Assembly (NCBI GenBank): GCA_050950505.1
Contig: JBMNHS010000001.1
Coordinates: 352,001-416,000 of the forward strand
Direction: 5' to 3'
DNA: 64,000 nt
DNA from: Candidatus Methanomethylophilaceae archaeon
GTDB lineage: Archaea > Thermoplasmatota > Thermoplasmata > Methanomassiliicoccales > Methanomethylophilaceae
Position numbers and translations under genes: made by a program. This document shows, one piece after another, positions 39,313 through 48,551 of this stretch (position 1 is its first letter; every line of letters begins with the position of its first letter). Under the pieces are notes generated by a model, which did not search any database, was not told the origin of the DNA, and saw nothing but the letters and a program-made list of their open reading frames with translations.

Positions 39313-42300
39313 TCATTTACGAGAAATAGCGCCGGGATTCGACTTCAGATAAAACTCAACGGCGTCCCAATCCTCCTCGGGTTCGGAAGAAGAGTCTTTT
39401 CCTATCTGGACTCCCAGAGACCGTGCGACTGTATTAAGATATCTGAACGCCCTGTCGGAACCTTCGAAGTCTTCGATTTTGGAACCGGCGTAGGACAGTC
39501 TGCCTTTGAAGTGCCCGATTATCTCGGTTCCTTTTATGATTACCGGGCCGCTCTGTCCGGATTCTTTTCTTATCCACGGTCGGATGAACACGTGAAGGTT
39601 GTCCTGTGAATTCAATATGAAGGTATTGCCGTGAATTCTCGGTTTGTTTCCCACATCCTCGGCAAGCATCCACATTACCGTCGGATCGTCCTTCAGGAAA
39701 AATCCTTTCTTGAGGAATCCTTCCTTCTCCAGCATGGCCAAAACCGAACGTATTTCGGACATTCTTACCGGCATGAATCTGGAAAGGTCTTCCGCCGACG
39801 ATATTCCGAAATCCCGGAAATGGTACCTGAAGACTTCCTTCAGCGCCTCTTCCTTCGATATGTTCGGCAACGGAACCTCAACATAATAAGAATCCTGATC
39901 CTGGCACACCACGGTTAAATCCGACAGTTCGTTGAGAATCTCATTCGTTCGGAGTTCCGAAAACGGTGACATGGAGATAATTTCTTTCTTTGACACAGGG
40001 GCAAAATCCCTGATGAGAGCAAGTAAAAGACAGTCGTCTTCGCTCAGAGGTTCGGCTTTGGCGGCTCTGTATATCTGTGCGAACTCCCTTGTGGTGTATC
40101 CCACGTACGAAGGGAAAAGTTTGGCCTTTACGAGGTAACCTCTTTCTTCCTGTTTCCTCACGGTGGTTTTGTCCAGCACGCGTGAGTATATTTCCTGGTC
40201 CCCGCGGATGTATCCTCTGGATTCCACGGCGTTCATGACGGTGGGATACCTGTCGTTTCCGCCCACCCGCTGCTTGGAGAACATGTAACTGAGATATTCC
40301 CTGTCGTCCATGAGATATTCCGCAAAATCCCCTTTTGCGTAGAATCCGTTGACGAATCTGTATCCCGCCTCTTCCAGCGCCGTGACGTGTTCCTCGGGCA
40401 GATCCGCCGCGTCCTTTTCCATCACTTCGCGGATGCGCACGATGTCCGTGTCTTTCATCCTGTAATACCCCATGACGCCGTCTATGGCTTTCAGGGCGGC
40501 CGGAAGAAGATCCGGAGAATTGAGATCGAAGGCGCGGATTTCGATGCATCCGGACATTTCCCACATTTCCAGAGCGCCCATGAGGACGGAGCCTCTGATC
40601 AGAGGGTACATCCACCTTTCCCCGTATCTTGCCGACAGTTCCGCCCATTTGGAGGATATGTCGGGGTCCCAGGGTGTGCAAAGACGTATTTCGGCTTCGT
40701 GTCCCTTTATATCTTCCAAATCGGGTATTTCGTCTTCGAAAACATACATGGGAGTCTGAGAATCGCCGACGATTATTTCTGCGGCGTTTATTTCTTCCAT
40801 GAGTCTTTTGGCGTCTTCGGGGGCGACGCCCAACATGAATCTCAATGCCTGTATCGGAACCGGACCGTAAGCCCTCACGGTCTTTTCCGCGAATCCCAGC
40901 AACGGATCCGGTCCCGGGTCTTCCGGACGGTATGCTTCGTACACGTTTTCGGAAACCCAGTTTTCCCGGTCGCTGAAAGAACGCACGACTTTCAGAGAAC
41001 GGTCCAATCTGTACAACGAGGCTTTCATGGCATCTTTGTCCGCTTCCATGACGTTCACAAGTTGGCGGAGAGTCGCATTGCCCATGTTTTCGATTGTTCT
41101 CAGCACGGCTTCGTCGTAGGGTTCGGTTTCGTCGAATCGCATGGCGGCGAAACCCGCGGCATCCTTCGCCAAAGCGAATCTTACCCTTCCCCGCATGAAT
41201 CTTCCGAGCAACAGTCTTCCGTCAAGACGCATCTCATCCCATTCTCTGATGTCGAAGTTCCCGACCCTGCTGTATACATCGATGGGGCTTCCCGCCGAAC
41301 CGTAGAATTCAAAAAATTCCTCTATGGTCCGGAATCTGCGGCCTTTGGTGGCACGGTAGTCTTCCACGGTTTCGAAACTGTACACGTTCTCTTTGCCGGC
41401 ACGGAGTCTCATCCTGTCGTCTTTGAGCATGTACTGATCGTCTTCGGCAATCAGGAACCGTCCTTTGACCACGTCGCCGCAGCCCACCAAAGACTCAAGA
41501 GAAGCTTTGGCTTCCTCTTCCGTCAGGGACAGGGCGAAGGCAACTTCCCTAAGGGTCGCGGGGGCGTAACATTCCAGATGGCGCAGGATTATTCTGTCCA
41601 TGGCCGTATTTTTGTCTGCTTCGGGAATGTCCGCCACGGAGTACAGCCATCTTCCTTTGCCGGCGACGGCGGTCCGGGAAACCAGGTACATGGATTCCAT
41701 TTTCCGCATCGAACGGTAAACCATGTCTTCGCTGAGTTCCAGCCTGTTGGATATGTCTTTGATCGGTGTGTTCGCGCCGATTTCGTCAAACACTTTGGCA
41801 TCCGCTTCGTTCAGTTCCCTTTCCTTGGCGGTGGCCGCGGCATAGTAAAGGATTTCCTCCGTCGCCATCACGTAGGGGTCGTCCATGAACACGGAACCCA
41901 GTTTTCCTTCCTCGAAAAGTTCCTTGATCCAACCGTCCACGGTTTTCCTGTCTTCGTCGGAATAAGCGTAAATGTTTCTGCCTCTCTCGCGGAGGGCCTG
42001 AAGGGGGCCGGTCCTCAGAAGCATGGGCACTATATCGTTTTTGGACTGCACCCGTCCGATTTTTTCCCTGAAATAAGGTATGACGCTGTCCTCTTCGAAC
42101 TCAAAATCCTTAACCGCGTCCCCCAAGGCGCGGTACAGGACTTTGCGGTGAAGTTCCCGCAGCAGGGCCGAGCGGTCTTCCATGAGGACGATGTCCGAGA
42201 ATGAGGATATGATTGCGCTGTGGGCGAAAGGCGACGGGGTTCCGGTGTACGGGATGACTTTGACGTTCATCTTCCCTTCTTCGATAAGATTCAGAACGTA

Positions 42301-44691
42301 TTCCGCGTTGCGGATGTCCATGTCGTCTTCCATGATTTCCCTGTACGTTTCTTCGATCACGGGCATGTTTTCCATATTACCCAGTTCTTCCAGGAGATAA
42401 GAGGATCTTATCTGCTGTCTGTTGACCGAAATGGGGCGTCCCATGTAATTTCTCAGAATCATGAAACTGCGGGATGCGGTGTGCCTGAACCTGAGTTTGA
42501 ATATTTCCGAGTCCTTGATGGCTTTCCTCAGAATCTGTTCCAACTCTCTGGATTTCAGCATTCCCTTGATTTTGGACAAATCTGTTTTCCGGGACGTCCC
42601 GATCATAAAATTGTCATCGGAAACGGTGACCGAGACGTTGGTTCCGAGTATGTTCGTAAGTCTGTAAGCGTAACCTCTCGACAGGGCGTCGTTCACCCTT
42701 CTGCCGAAGGGATAATGAAACACCAGTCTCTGGTTGCCGGTGGGGTCGATGTACTCTTCGATAGCAAGATTGTCCGAATCCGGTATGAATCCCGTGACGG
42801 CAATCTGTTCCCTGAAATAGGATACGATGCTTCTTGCGGATCCCTCGTCGATGTCAAGATCCACAATCATGTCTTCGATGAGCTCTCCCGTCTTCCGGTT
42901 CATGTTTTCAGACATTTCTTTCCGGAACGACGCTATGTCCATGGACAGGTCGAAAGAACGGGGGAGCATCTCTCCCGCCCAGGACGGAACCGTGGGTTTC
43001 CTTCCGGTGGCTTCCTTCACGTAAGCGGTCATTCCTTTGGATCTCACGAATTCGTAGGAACGGCCGCCGAGAACGAATACGTCCCTCGGAGACAACCGTT
43101 CCACGAATTTCTCGGAGAGTTCGCCCGCCATGGTTCCGTGGCCGGTTATGACACGGTAATTGGCTTCTTCGGGAATGGTGCCCAGATTCATGTAGTAAAT
43201 CATTCTGGCGCCTTTTCTTCTGCCGAACTGGTTTTCTTCCTCGTCATACCATATTCTGGAATAGACGCCTTCGAACTCGTCCCTGCTTCCCAGATATTTG
43301 ATGACGCCCATGAATTCCTCTTTCGGGAGGTTTCTGTAACAGTAGGAACCTTTCACGAGATCGTAGGCTTTGTCCGCCTCCCATCGGTTGTCTAGACTCA
43401 TTCCCACGATTGTCTGAGAAAGTACGTCGAGACTGTTTTCCGGTATTCCCACCCGGTCGATGTCCCCGCGGTGCGCCGCGCGGCACATCACCGCACATTC
43501 CACCAGATCGTCGGGATCGAACACCAACAGACGTCCCTTTGCGACCTGTCCGAAACTGTGACCGCTTCTGCCTATCCTCTGAAGGCCTTTGGCAACAGAC
43601 TTCGGAGATCCTATCTGGCACACCAGATCCACGGAGCCTATGTCGATGCCCAATTCCAGGGACGTCGATGAGACCACGCATTTTATTTCTCCTCTTTTCA
43701 GACGTTCTTCCACGTCCAGACGGGTTTCCCTGCCCAGGGAGCTGTGATGTACCTCGATGTTCTCCAAACCCCGTTCTTTCAGTTTGTAAACGACGCTTTC
43801 CGCACCGGAACGGGTGTTGGTGAAAACCAAAGTCGTCTCATGTTCGTCGATCATCCCCTTCAGTTGATCGTACATCATCGAATTGACCATGTCCGACGAC
43901 AGCGCCGTCATGTCCGTTGCGGGACATATTACTTTCAGATCCAGTTCTTTCTTGGAATCCGACTCCACTATCGTCACGTCCCGCACGGATCCGTCGGGAT
44001 TGTTTCCGACGAGATAGCCTGCGATGGCGTCCATGGGTGCGAGGGTTGCCGACAGACCGATGCGGGTGAAGTCGGTCTCGCACCAATCCCTGAGACGCTC
44101 CAGCGTCAGGGAAAGGAAGGCCCCTCTCTTGGAATCGCATATATCGTGAATTTCGTCCAGAATCACCCATTCCACCTGTTGGAATTTCTCCTTGAATTTA
44201 GGGGAAGACATTATCAGAGCCAGGGATTCGGGGGTGGTGATCAGAATATGGGGAGGGCGTCTTGCCATCCTCTGTCTTTCGTTCTGGGGGGTGTCCCCGG
44301 ATCTCACCGCCACCCTTATTCCGGGAACCTCCATTCCCGTTTTTTCGGCAACTTCCTCCATTTCTATGAGAGGTTCGGTGAGGTTTCTGTTGACATCGTT
44401 GGCCAAAGCCTTGAGCGGGGAGATGTAAACGCAATATATTCTCTCTTCGAGTTTGCCTTCGGAAGCATATTTCGTAAGTTCGTTGATGATGCTGGTGAAA
44501 GCCGTGAGAGTCTTTCCCGAACCGGTGGGGGAAGACACCAAAACGTTTTTTCTGTCGTGAATTAAAGGTATGGCTTTTGCCTGAGGTTCGGTAAGACCGT
44601 CGAACCTTTCCCCGAACCATTTCGAAATCAGGGGTTCCATAACTCCCAGGACTTCTTCCTTGGTATATTCTCTGTCAGACCTCTCTATCAT
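39313..44691 (-). CDS. large Lhr-family helicase (1792 aa) with long C-terminal region
   Basis: PTGSGKT, DEIHD, TSLELGID and QRIGRSGH in the N-terminal part; about 900 extra residues with winged-helix-like segments. Confidence 0.9.
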   Translation of the reverse strand: MIERSDREYTKEEVLGVMEPLISKWFGERFDGLTEPQAKAIPLIHDRKNVLVSSPTGSGKTLTAFTSIINELTKYASEGKLEERIYCVYISPLKALANDVNRNLTEPLIEMEEVAEKTGMEVPGIRVAVRSGDTPQNERQRMARRPPHILITTPESLALIMSSPKFKEKFQQVEWVILDEIHDICDSKRGAFLSLTLERLRDWCETDFTRIGLSATLAPMDAIAGYLVGNNPDGSVRDVTIVESDSKKELDLKVICPATDMTALSSDMVNSMMYDQLKGMIDEHETTLVFTNTRSGAESVVYKLKERGLENIEVHHSSLGRETRLDVEERLKRGEIKCVVSSTSLELGIDIGSVDLVCQIGSPKSVAKGLQRIGRSGHSFGQVAKGRLLVFDPDDLVECAVMCRAAHRGDIDRVGIPENSLDVLSQTIVGMSLDNRWEADKAYDLVKGSYCYRNLPKEEFMGVIKYLGSRDEFEGVYSRIWYDEEENQFGRRKGARMIYYMNLGTIPEEANYRVITGHGTMAGELSEKFVERLSPRDVFVLGGRSYEFVRSKGMTAYVKEATGRKPTVPSWAGEMLPRSFDLSMDIASFRKEMSENMNRKTGELIEDMIVDLDIDEGSARSIVSYFREQIAVTGFIPDSDNLAIEEYIDPTGNQRLVFHYPFGRRVNDALSRGYAYRLTNILGTNVSVTVSDDNFMIGTSRKTDLSKIKGMLKSRELEQILRKAIKDSEIFKLRFRHTASRSFMILRNYMGRPISVNRQQIRSSYLLEELGNMENMPVIEETYREIMEDDMDIRNAEYVLNLIEEGKMNVKVIPYTGTPSPFAHSAIISSFSDIVLMEDRSALLRELHRKVLYRALGDAVKDFEFEEDSVIPYFREKIGRVQSKNDIVPMLLRTGPLQALRERGRNIYAYSDEDRKTVDGWIKELFEEGKLGSVFMDDPYVMATEEILYYAAATAKERELNEADAKVFDEIGANTPIKDISNRLELSEDMVYRSMRKMESMYLVSRTAVAGKGRWLYSVADIPEADKNTAMDRIILRHLECYAPATLREVAFALSLTEEEAKASLESLVGCGDVVKGRFLIAEDDQYMLKDDRMRLRAGKENVYSFETVEDYRATKGRRFRTIEEFFEFYGSAGSPIDVYSRVGNFDIREWDEMRLDGRLLLGRFMRGRVRFALAKDAAGFAAMRFDETEPYDEAVLRTIENMGNATLRQLVNVMEADKDAMKASLYRLDRSLKVVRSFSDRENWVSENVYEAYRPEDPGPDPLLGFAEKTVRAYGPVPIQALRFMLGVAPEDAKRLMEEINAAEIIVGDSQTPMYVFEDEIPDLEDIKGHEAEIRLCTPWDPDISSKWAELSARYGERWMYPLIRGSVLMGALEMWEMSGCIEIRAFDLNSPDLLPAALKAIDGVMGYYRMKDTDIVRIREVMEKDAADLPEEHVTALEEAGYRFVNGFYAKGDFAEYLMDDREYLSYMFSKQRVGGNDRYPTVMNAVESRGYIRGDQEIYSRVLDKTTVRKQEERGYLVKAKLFPSYVGYTTREFAQIYRAAKAEPLSEDDCLLLALIRDFAPVSKKEIISMSPFSELRTNEILNELSDLTVVCQDQDSYYVEVPLPNISKEEALKEVFRYHFRDFGISSAEDLSRFMPVRMSEIRSVLAMLEKEGFLKKGFFLKDDPTVMWMLAEDVGNKPRIHGNTFILNSQDNLHVFIRPWIRKESGQSGPVIIKGTEIIGHFKGRLSYAGSKIEDFEGSDRAFRYLNTVARSLGVQIGKDSSSEPEEDWDAVEFYLKSNPGAISRK

Positions 44692-44899
44692 CGGAATCCT
44701 ATCCCGAACACTTAGTGTTACAGGTATTTATTATTCGTCATTCAACGTCCCGTGCGCAAGGAGGGATATTTCCCTCCGCTGCAAACGGAAATGTATGGAA
44801 TTTAGCTTGAGAGACCGTATATATTTTCGGGTCTGCGGGGTATTGCGCCGCGATGTCCTAAAAAGAAAGATTATAACTGCGACGGTTGATTGCATCCGC

Positions 44900-45772
44900 A
44901 TGAAAAACCGTACCGCCGTAATGTTCATCGCGGCTTTTTTCATTATTTCCGGGGGATTGGCCTATGTCGTGGATGAAGCGGAGGCTGCACCAGGCACGGT
45001 TGTCATCACCGGTGAACTTTATGACGGGGATACTCCCATCAAAAATGCCGAAGTTTTCATAAAATGGAATATCAACGATGAACTTAAGGATACATGGTAC
45101 GGATCCGGAGTCAAGACGAATTCCGCGGGAAAATTTACGGTAACGCTGTCTTTGGACACCGCCTTGTCCGAAATCCAGGGAAGTCCTCTGCAGGTGATGT
45201 GCATAACAAAAAACTTCGTGAGAATCTCTCAGGTTATCAATGATAAAAACATCGAAGGAGAGATTGAGGATTTCAATGTAGATTTGGGCAGAGTCGATGA
45301 ATTTCCGGTGAAATATATGGAAACCGAATCCATCACCGTGGATGTTTTTGTGATGCACGGCAACGTAGGAATCAGTGATGCCAGAGTTTCCGTAAAGAGC
45401 GTTGGCGAAACCGGAACGGGCAGCGTGAAGGTTGAAACCACCGATGAAAACGGCCGTTGTAAATTTGAATTGAAAGTCGGGGAATACTCAATAACGGTGG
45501 AAAGAGGAGGTTTCGAGGATTGGGTGTCCGCGGAACCGCTTGTACTTGGGAAGGAAGCCCAAGTACCTAAGAACATCGAGTTGGTGATTTCCCCCGTGAA
45601 AACTTATTGGGGATTCGATTTGCCCCACCTGTTCACCGTAATGGGAGTGTTCACAGCGCTGGTTATGACTTCCCTTGTGTTCCTCTACATGCTGTGGATT
45701 AACAAACACCCCGGTCCCACCAGAGTCATCGACGACAGCCAGGATTTTGACTACGAGGACGACGAAGACTGA
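44900..45772 (+). CDS. secreted or membrane-anchored beta-sandwich (carboxypeptidase-regulatory-like) protein
   Basis: Signal-like N-terminus MKNRTAV, G..TD.NG-type motifs (TNSAGKF, TDENGRC), C-terminal TM and acidic tail. Confidence 0.75.
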   Translation: MKNRTAVMFIAAFFIISGGLAYVVDEAEAAPGTVVITGELYDGDTPIKNAEVFIKWNINDELKDTWYGSGVKTNSAGKFTVTLSLDTALSEIQGSPLQVMCITKNFVRISQVINDKNIEGEIEDFNVDLGRVDEFPVKYMETESITVDVFVMHGNVGISDARVSVKSVGETGTGSVKVETTDENGRCKFELKVGEYSITVERGGFEDWVSAEPLVLGKEAQVPKNIELVISPVKTYWGFDLPHLFTVMGVFTALVMTSLVFLYMLWINKHPGPTRVIDDSQDFDYEDDED

Positions 45773-45774
45773 AC

Positions 45775-46332
45775 TTACCGTTTGATGTTCCGACGCACTT
45801 CTTCGTAAAGGTTTCCGCCTTTGGTGTCTATTGCCACGGTGAGAGGTCCGAAGTTGTTCGCATTGAACTTCCATATGGCTTCGGCCATTCCCAGATCCTT
45901 CCAGTAAGCGCCGGTGCTTTCCCCCAGCCCTTCGGCCAGAGACACCGCGGTGCCGCCCACGGCCGCAAGGTAAACGCAACCGTGTTTCTTCATGGCTTCA
46001 GCGACTTCGGAAGACATCCCGCCTTTGCCGATGATTGCTTTTATGCGGAATTTTTCAATCATTTCCGGCGTCAGGGAGTCCATTCTCGCGCTGGTGGTGG
46101 GTCCCGCGGCGACGGGAATCCATTTCCCGTTGGATTCGATCATGATGGGTCCGCAGTGATAAAGAACGGAATCGTAAATTTCTTCGGGAACTTCCTCGCC
46201 GGCACGGATCATTTTGAGAGCCCTTACGTGCATCTCGTCCCGTCCGGTGATTACCGGACCGTCAATGTGAACGGTGTCGCCTATCGTCAGAGAACGTACG
46301 GTGGCTTCGTCAAGAGGCGATTTGAGTTTCAG
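45775..46332 (-). CDS. Fe-S fumarate/tartrate hydratase beta subunit
   Basis: GPTTSARM and IGKGGM motifs. The family N-terminus (LKSPL..L.IGD.V.IDG.VITGRD.MH) lies upstream of the first ATG, implying a CTG start at 46332. Confidence 0.88.
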   Translation of the reverse strand: MKLKSPLDEATVRSLTIGDTVHIDGPVITGRDEMHVRALKMIRAGEEVPEEIYDSVLYHCGPIMIESNGKWIPVAAGPTTSARMDSLTPEMIEKFRIKAIIGKGGMSSEVAEAMKKHGCVYLAAVGGTAVSLAEGLGESTGAYWKDLGMAEAIWKFNANNFGPLTVAIDTKGGNLYEEVRRNIKR

Positions 46333-47198
46333 AAAAATCCCCCCTGGGAATACTTCACTTCATGACCGTATATTCTTGCGGAGGCCCTGCGGACCGCCCA
46401 GCATCCTATGTTGACCGCGACCGGCAGGCTTGCGGTATGACAGGCGGCTTTCTTCGCCCTGACTCCCAACACCGTGGTTTTTCCCCCGAGTCCCATGGGC
46501 CCGAGGCCGCTGGAATTCAGTTTCACGAAGATTTCCTCTTCCAGTTCGTTGAGAACGGAATCCGGGTTTTCCTCGCCGATTGGCATGAGCAAAGCCTCTT
46601 TCGCCAAAAGAATGGATTTGTCGGCGGTTCCTCCGATTCCCACACCGACGACGCCGGGGGGACAGGGTTTTCCTTCCGCGTCAAGAACGGCGTCGATCAC
46701 GGCTTTGATTATTCCTTCTTTTCCGTCCGAAGGGTTCAGCATGATCAGTTTGGTCATGTTTTCGGAACCGGCGCCTTTCGGCATCACCGTGATTTCCGTG
46801 AATTCGTCATCGGTGGGGCAGAAATGCACCACGGGCATGCCTTCGCCGAGATTGTCTCCGTAGTTCTCGCGGGTGATGGGATCCACGGTGTTCGGTCTCA
46901 AAGGAATTTCTTTCGTCGCCCTTGCCACGCCTTTTTTTATGTCATCGATTATCGTGGAATCGAATTTTCCCCTAACGTGAAACACGGGGATGCCCGTGTC
47001 CTGACACATGGGTCTGGACAAAAACTCGGATTTGCGGACGTTGTCCATTATTGCCCCGAGCTGCGAATAAGCGGTGGGATCGGATTCCCATGCCGCTGCG
47101 GCCTCCAACGCCCAGCCCACGTCCGTGGGCAGTTTGGTGTTGGACGCCCTGAGTAAATTGAAAACCACATCCTCAACGGGTTCCGGCAGTTTTATCAT
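46329..47198 (-). CDS. Fe-S fumarate/tartrate hydratase alpha subunit
   Basis: PMCQDTG, KGAGSEN, CPP..VGVGIGG and CHTASLPVAVN..CW motifs. Confidence 0.92.
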   Translation of the reverse strand: MIKLPEPVEDVVFNLLRASNTKLPTDVGWALEAAAAWESDPTAYSQLGAIMDNVRKSEFLSRPMCQDTGIPVFHVRGKFDSTIIDDIKKGVARATKEIPLRPNTVDPITRENYGDNLGEGMPVVHFCPTDDEFTEITVMPKGAGSENMTKLIMLNPSDGKEGIIKAVIDAVLDAEGKPCPPGVVGVGIGGTADKSILLAKEALLMPIGEENPDSVLNELEEEIFVKLNSSGLGPMGLGGKTTVLGVRAKKAACHTASLPVAVNIGCWAVRRASARIYGHEVKYSQGGFF

Positions 47199-47231
47199 GA
47201 AACCTGCATTGCCGAAGTACTGAATAAAGGT

Positions 47232-48260
47232 TTACGGCACGTAATGAAGGATGCCGTCTATATCCACAACCTTTATCTGGCTTCCCACTTCCACGTCTTT
47301 CGGGACCCGCATGTCCAATGTTTCGTAATTCAGGGGATTGAGAACCTGCACTTCCGGCGGATCCCCGCTTATCACCGTGGCATCCATGAGTTCGTCCTCG
47401 GTACGGTAGACTTTGAGTTGGGGCATGTCCGGACGGGGGACGTATTTGTCCCTGAAACTTTTCAAAGATATCAGACGCCCTCCCCCGGGAAGGATTCTTT
47501 TCAGTCTGTAATACCCGTTTTTGTATTCCACCACGTCCCCTTCCTTGAATTTGGGGAGACGCACCAGATACGTCACGCGGTACATGTTCTGTCCGTCGGG
47601 TTTTCTCCCCACCAGTTTGAAAGACTCCTTGGTGTCCCCACAGTACTGGTCGGAAATCATTTTTGCCAATATTTTTCCGAGAGCCAGGGTGGATATGTAG
47701 AAATCCACTCCGCCGTGTATGTCCACGGTTTTTGAAATGAAACACTGGCGGTTGGATTTGGCGTGGAAATCAATGTATTTGTTCACTCTCCGTTTCACGT
47801 TTTTCAAAACGTCGTCGTCCAGCGTCCGTTCCTCCGAACGGATTTGCAGTATGGATTCATAATAACTGCCCTGAACCCTGGAACATCTTTTGCAAACGGT
47901 GTTCTTGATTCTTACGACGGTGTCGCATTCCGATATCACGGGAGTGCCTCTCACGGAGAGTTCCGTTCTGACATGGACTTTGTGGGTTTTCTCGTCCTGG
48001 GGTTTGGATTGGGTGGCGATCGACAATACTCTGCAGTCGTTGAGAACGTACATCTGATCCACGGCGGCGTCCTCTATGGTTCTCCGTTTCTCGTCGGGAA
48101 CCCATCTTCCGCCCACGTAGAATTCCTTGCAGACGGCGCAGACTTCCAAATCCACGTGATCCGGCAACGAGGTGAATTCACGGCCGTCGAGGTAACATTC
48201 GACACAGAGACCGTCCACGGGATTTTCCACGTCGGTGCCGCATCTTACGCAGAATCTCAT
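47232..48260 (-). CDS. nmd3: NMD3-family ribosome biogenesis protein
   Basis: Four CxxC pairs, YYESILQIR and YRVTYLVRLP; start MRFCVRC at 48260. Confidence 0.9.
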   Translation of the reverse strand: MRFCVRCGTDVENPVDGLCVECYLDGREFTSLPDHVDLEVCAVCKEFYVGGRWVPDEKRRTIEDAAVDQMYVLNDCRVLSIATQSKPQDEKTHKVHVRTELSVRGTPVISECDTVVRIKNTVCKRCSRVQGSYYESILQIRSEERTLDDDVLKNVKRRVNKYIDFHAKSNRQCFISKTVDIHGGVDFYISTLALGKILAKMISDQYCGDTKESFKLVGRKPDGQNMYRVTYLVRLPKFKEGDVVEYKNGYYRLKRILPGGGRLISLKSFRDKYVPRPDMPQLKVYRTEDELMDATVISGDPPEVQVLNPLNYETLDMRVPKDVEVGSQIKVVDIDGILHYVP

Positions 48261-48550
48261 ATCAGAATCACCTGTGCGTGTTTGACGCCGGCCACAACGA
48301 TTACGTTTTCCGGCGATACGAATCCTTCCTCGATGCCGACGGCGACGGCTTTCTCGCCGAAAAGGTTCATCATGGTCACCGAACCCATCCGAATGGCCAG
48401 GGTTTCCTCGGTCATGGGTTCGGTGCCGTAGAAGTTTTCGGAGAATGTTATTTTTACGTCTCCTTCCGAGAGGATTTCTCCCGCCAATTCCTCGTCGCAG
48501 GCCGCAAGCAGCCAATCGTCACCGCGTCTGTGCAATCTGGCTCTTATCAT
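48257..48550 (-). CDS. DUF424 family protein
   Basis: LLAACDEEL, FYG, NLFG..AV and V.HAQ motifs. Confidence 0.87.
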   Translation of the reverse strand: MIRARLHRRGDDWLLAACDEELAGEILSEGDVKITFSENFYGTEPMTEETLAIRMGSVTMMNLFGEKAVAVGIEEGFVSPENVIVVAGVKHAQVILI

Positions 48551-48551
48551 T

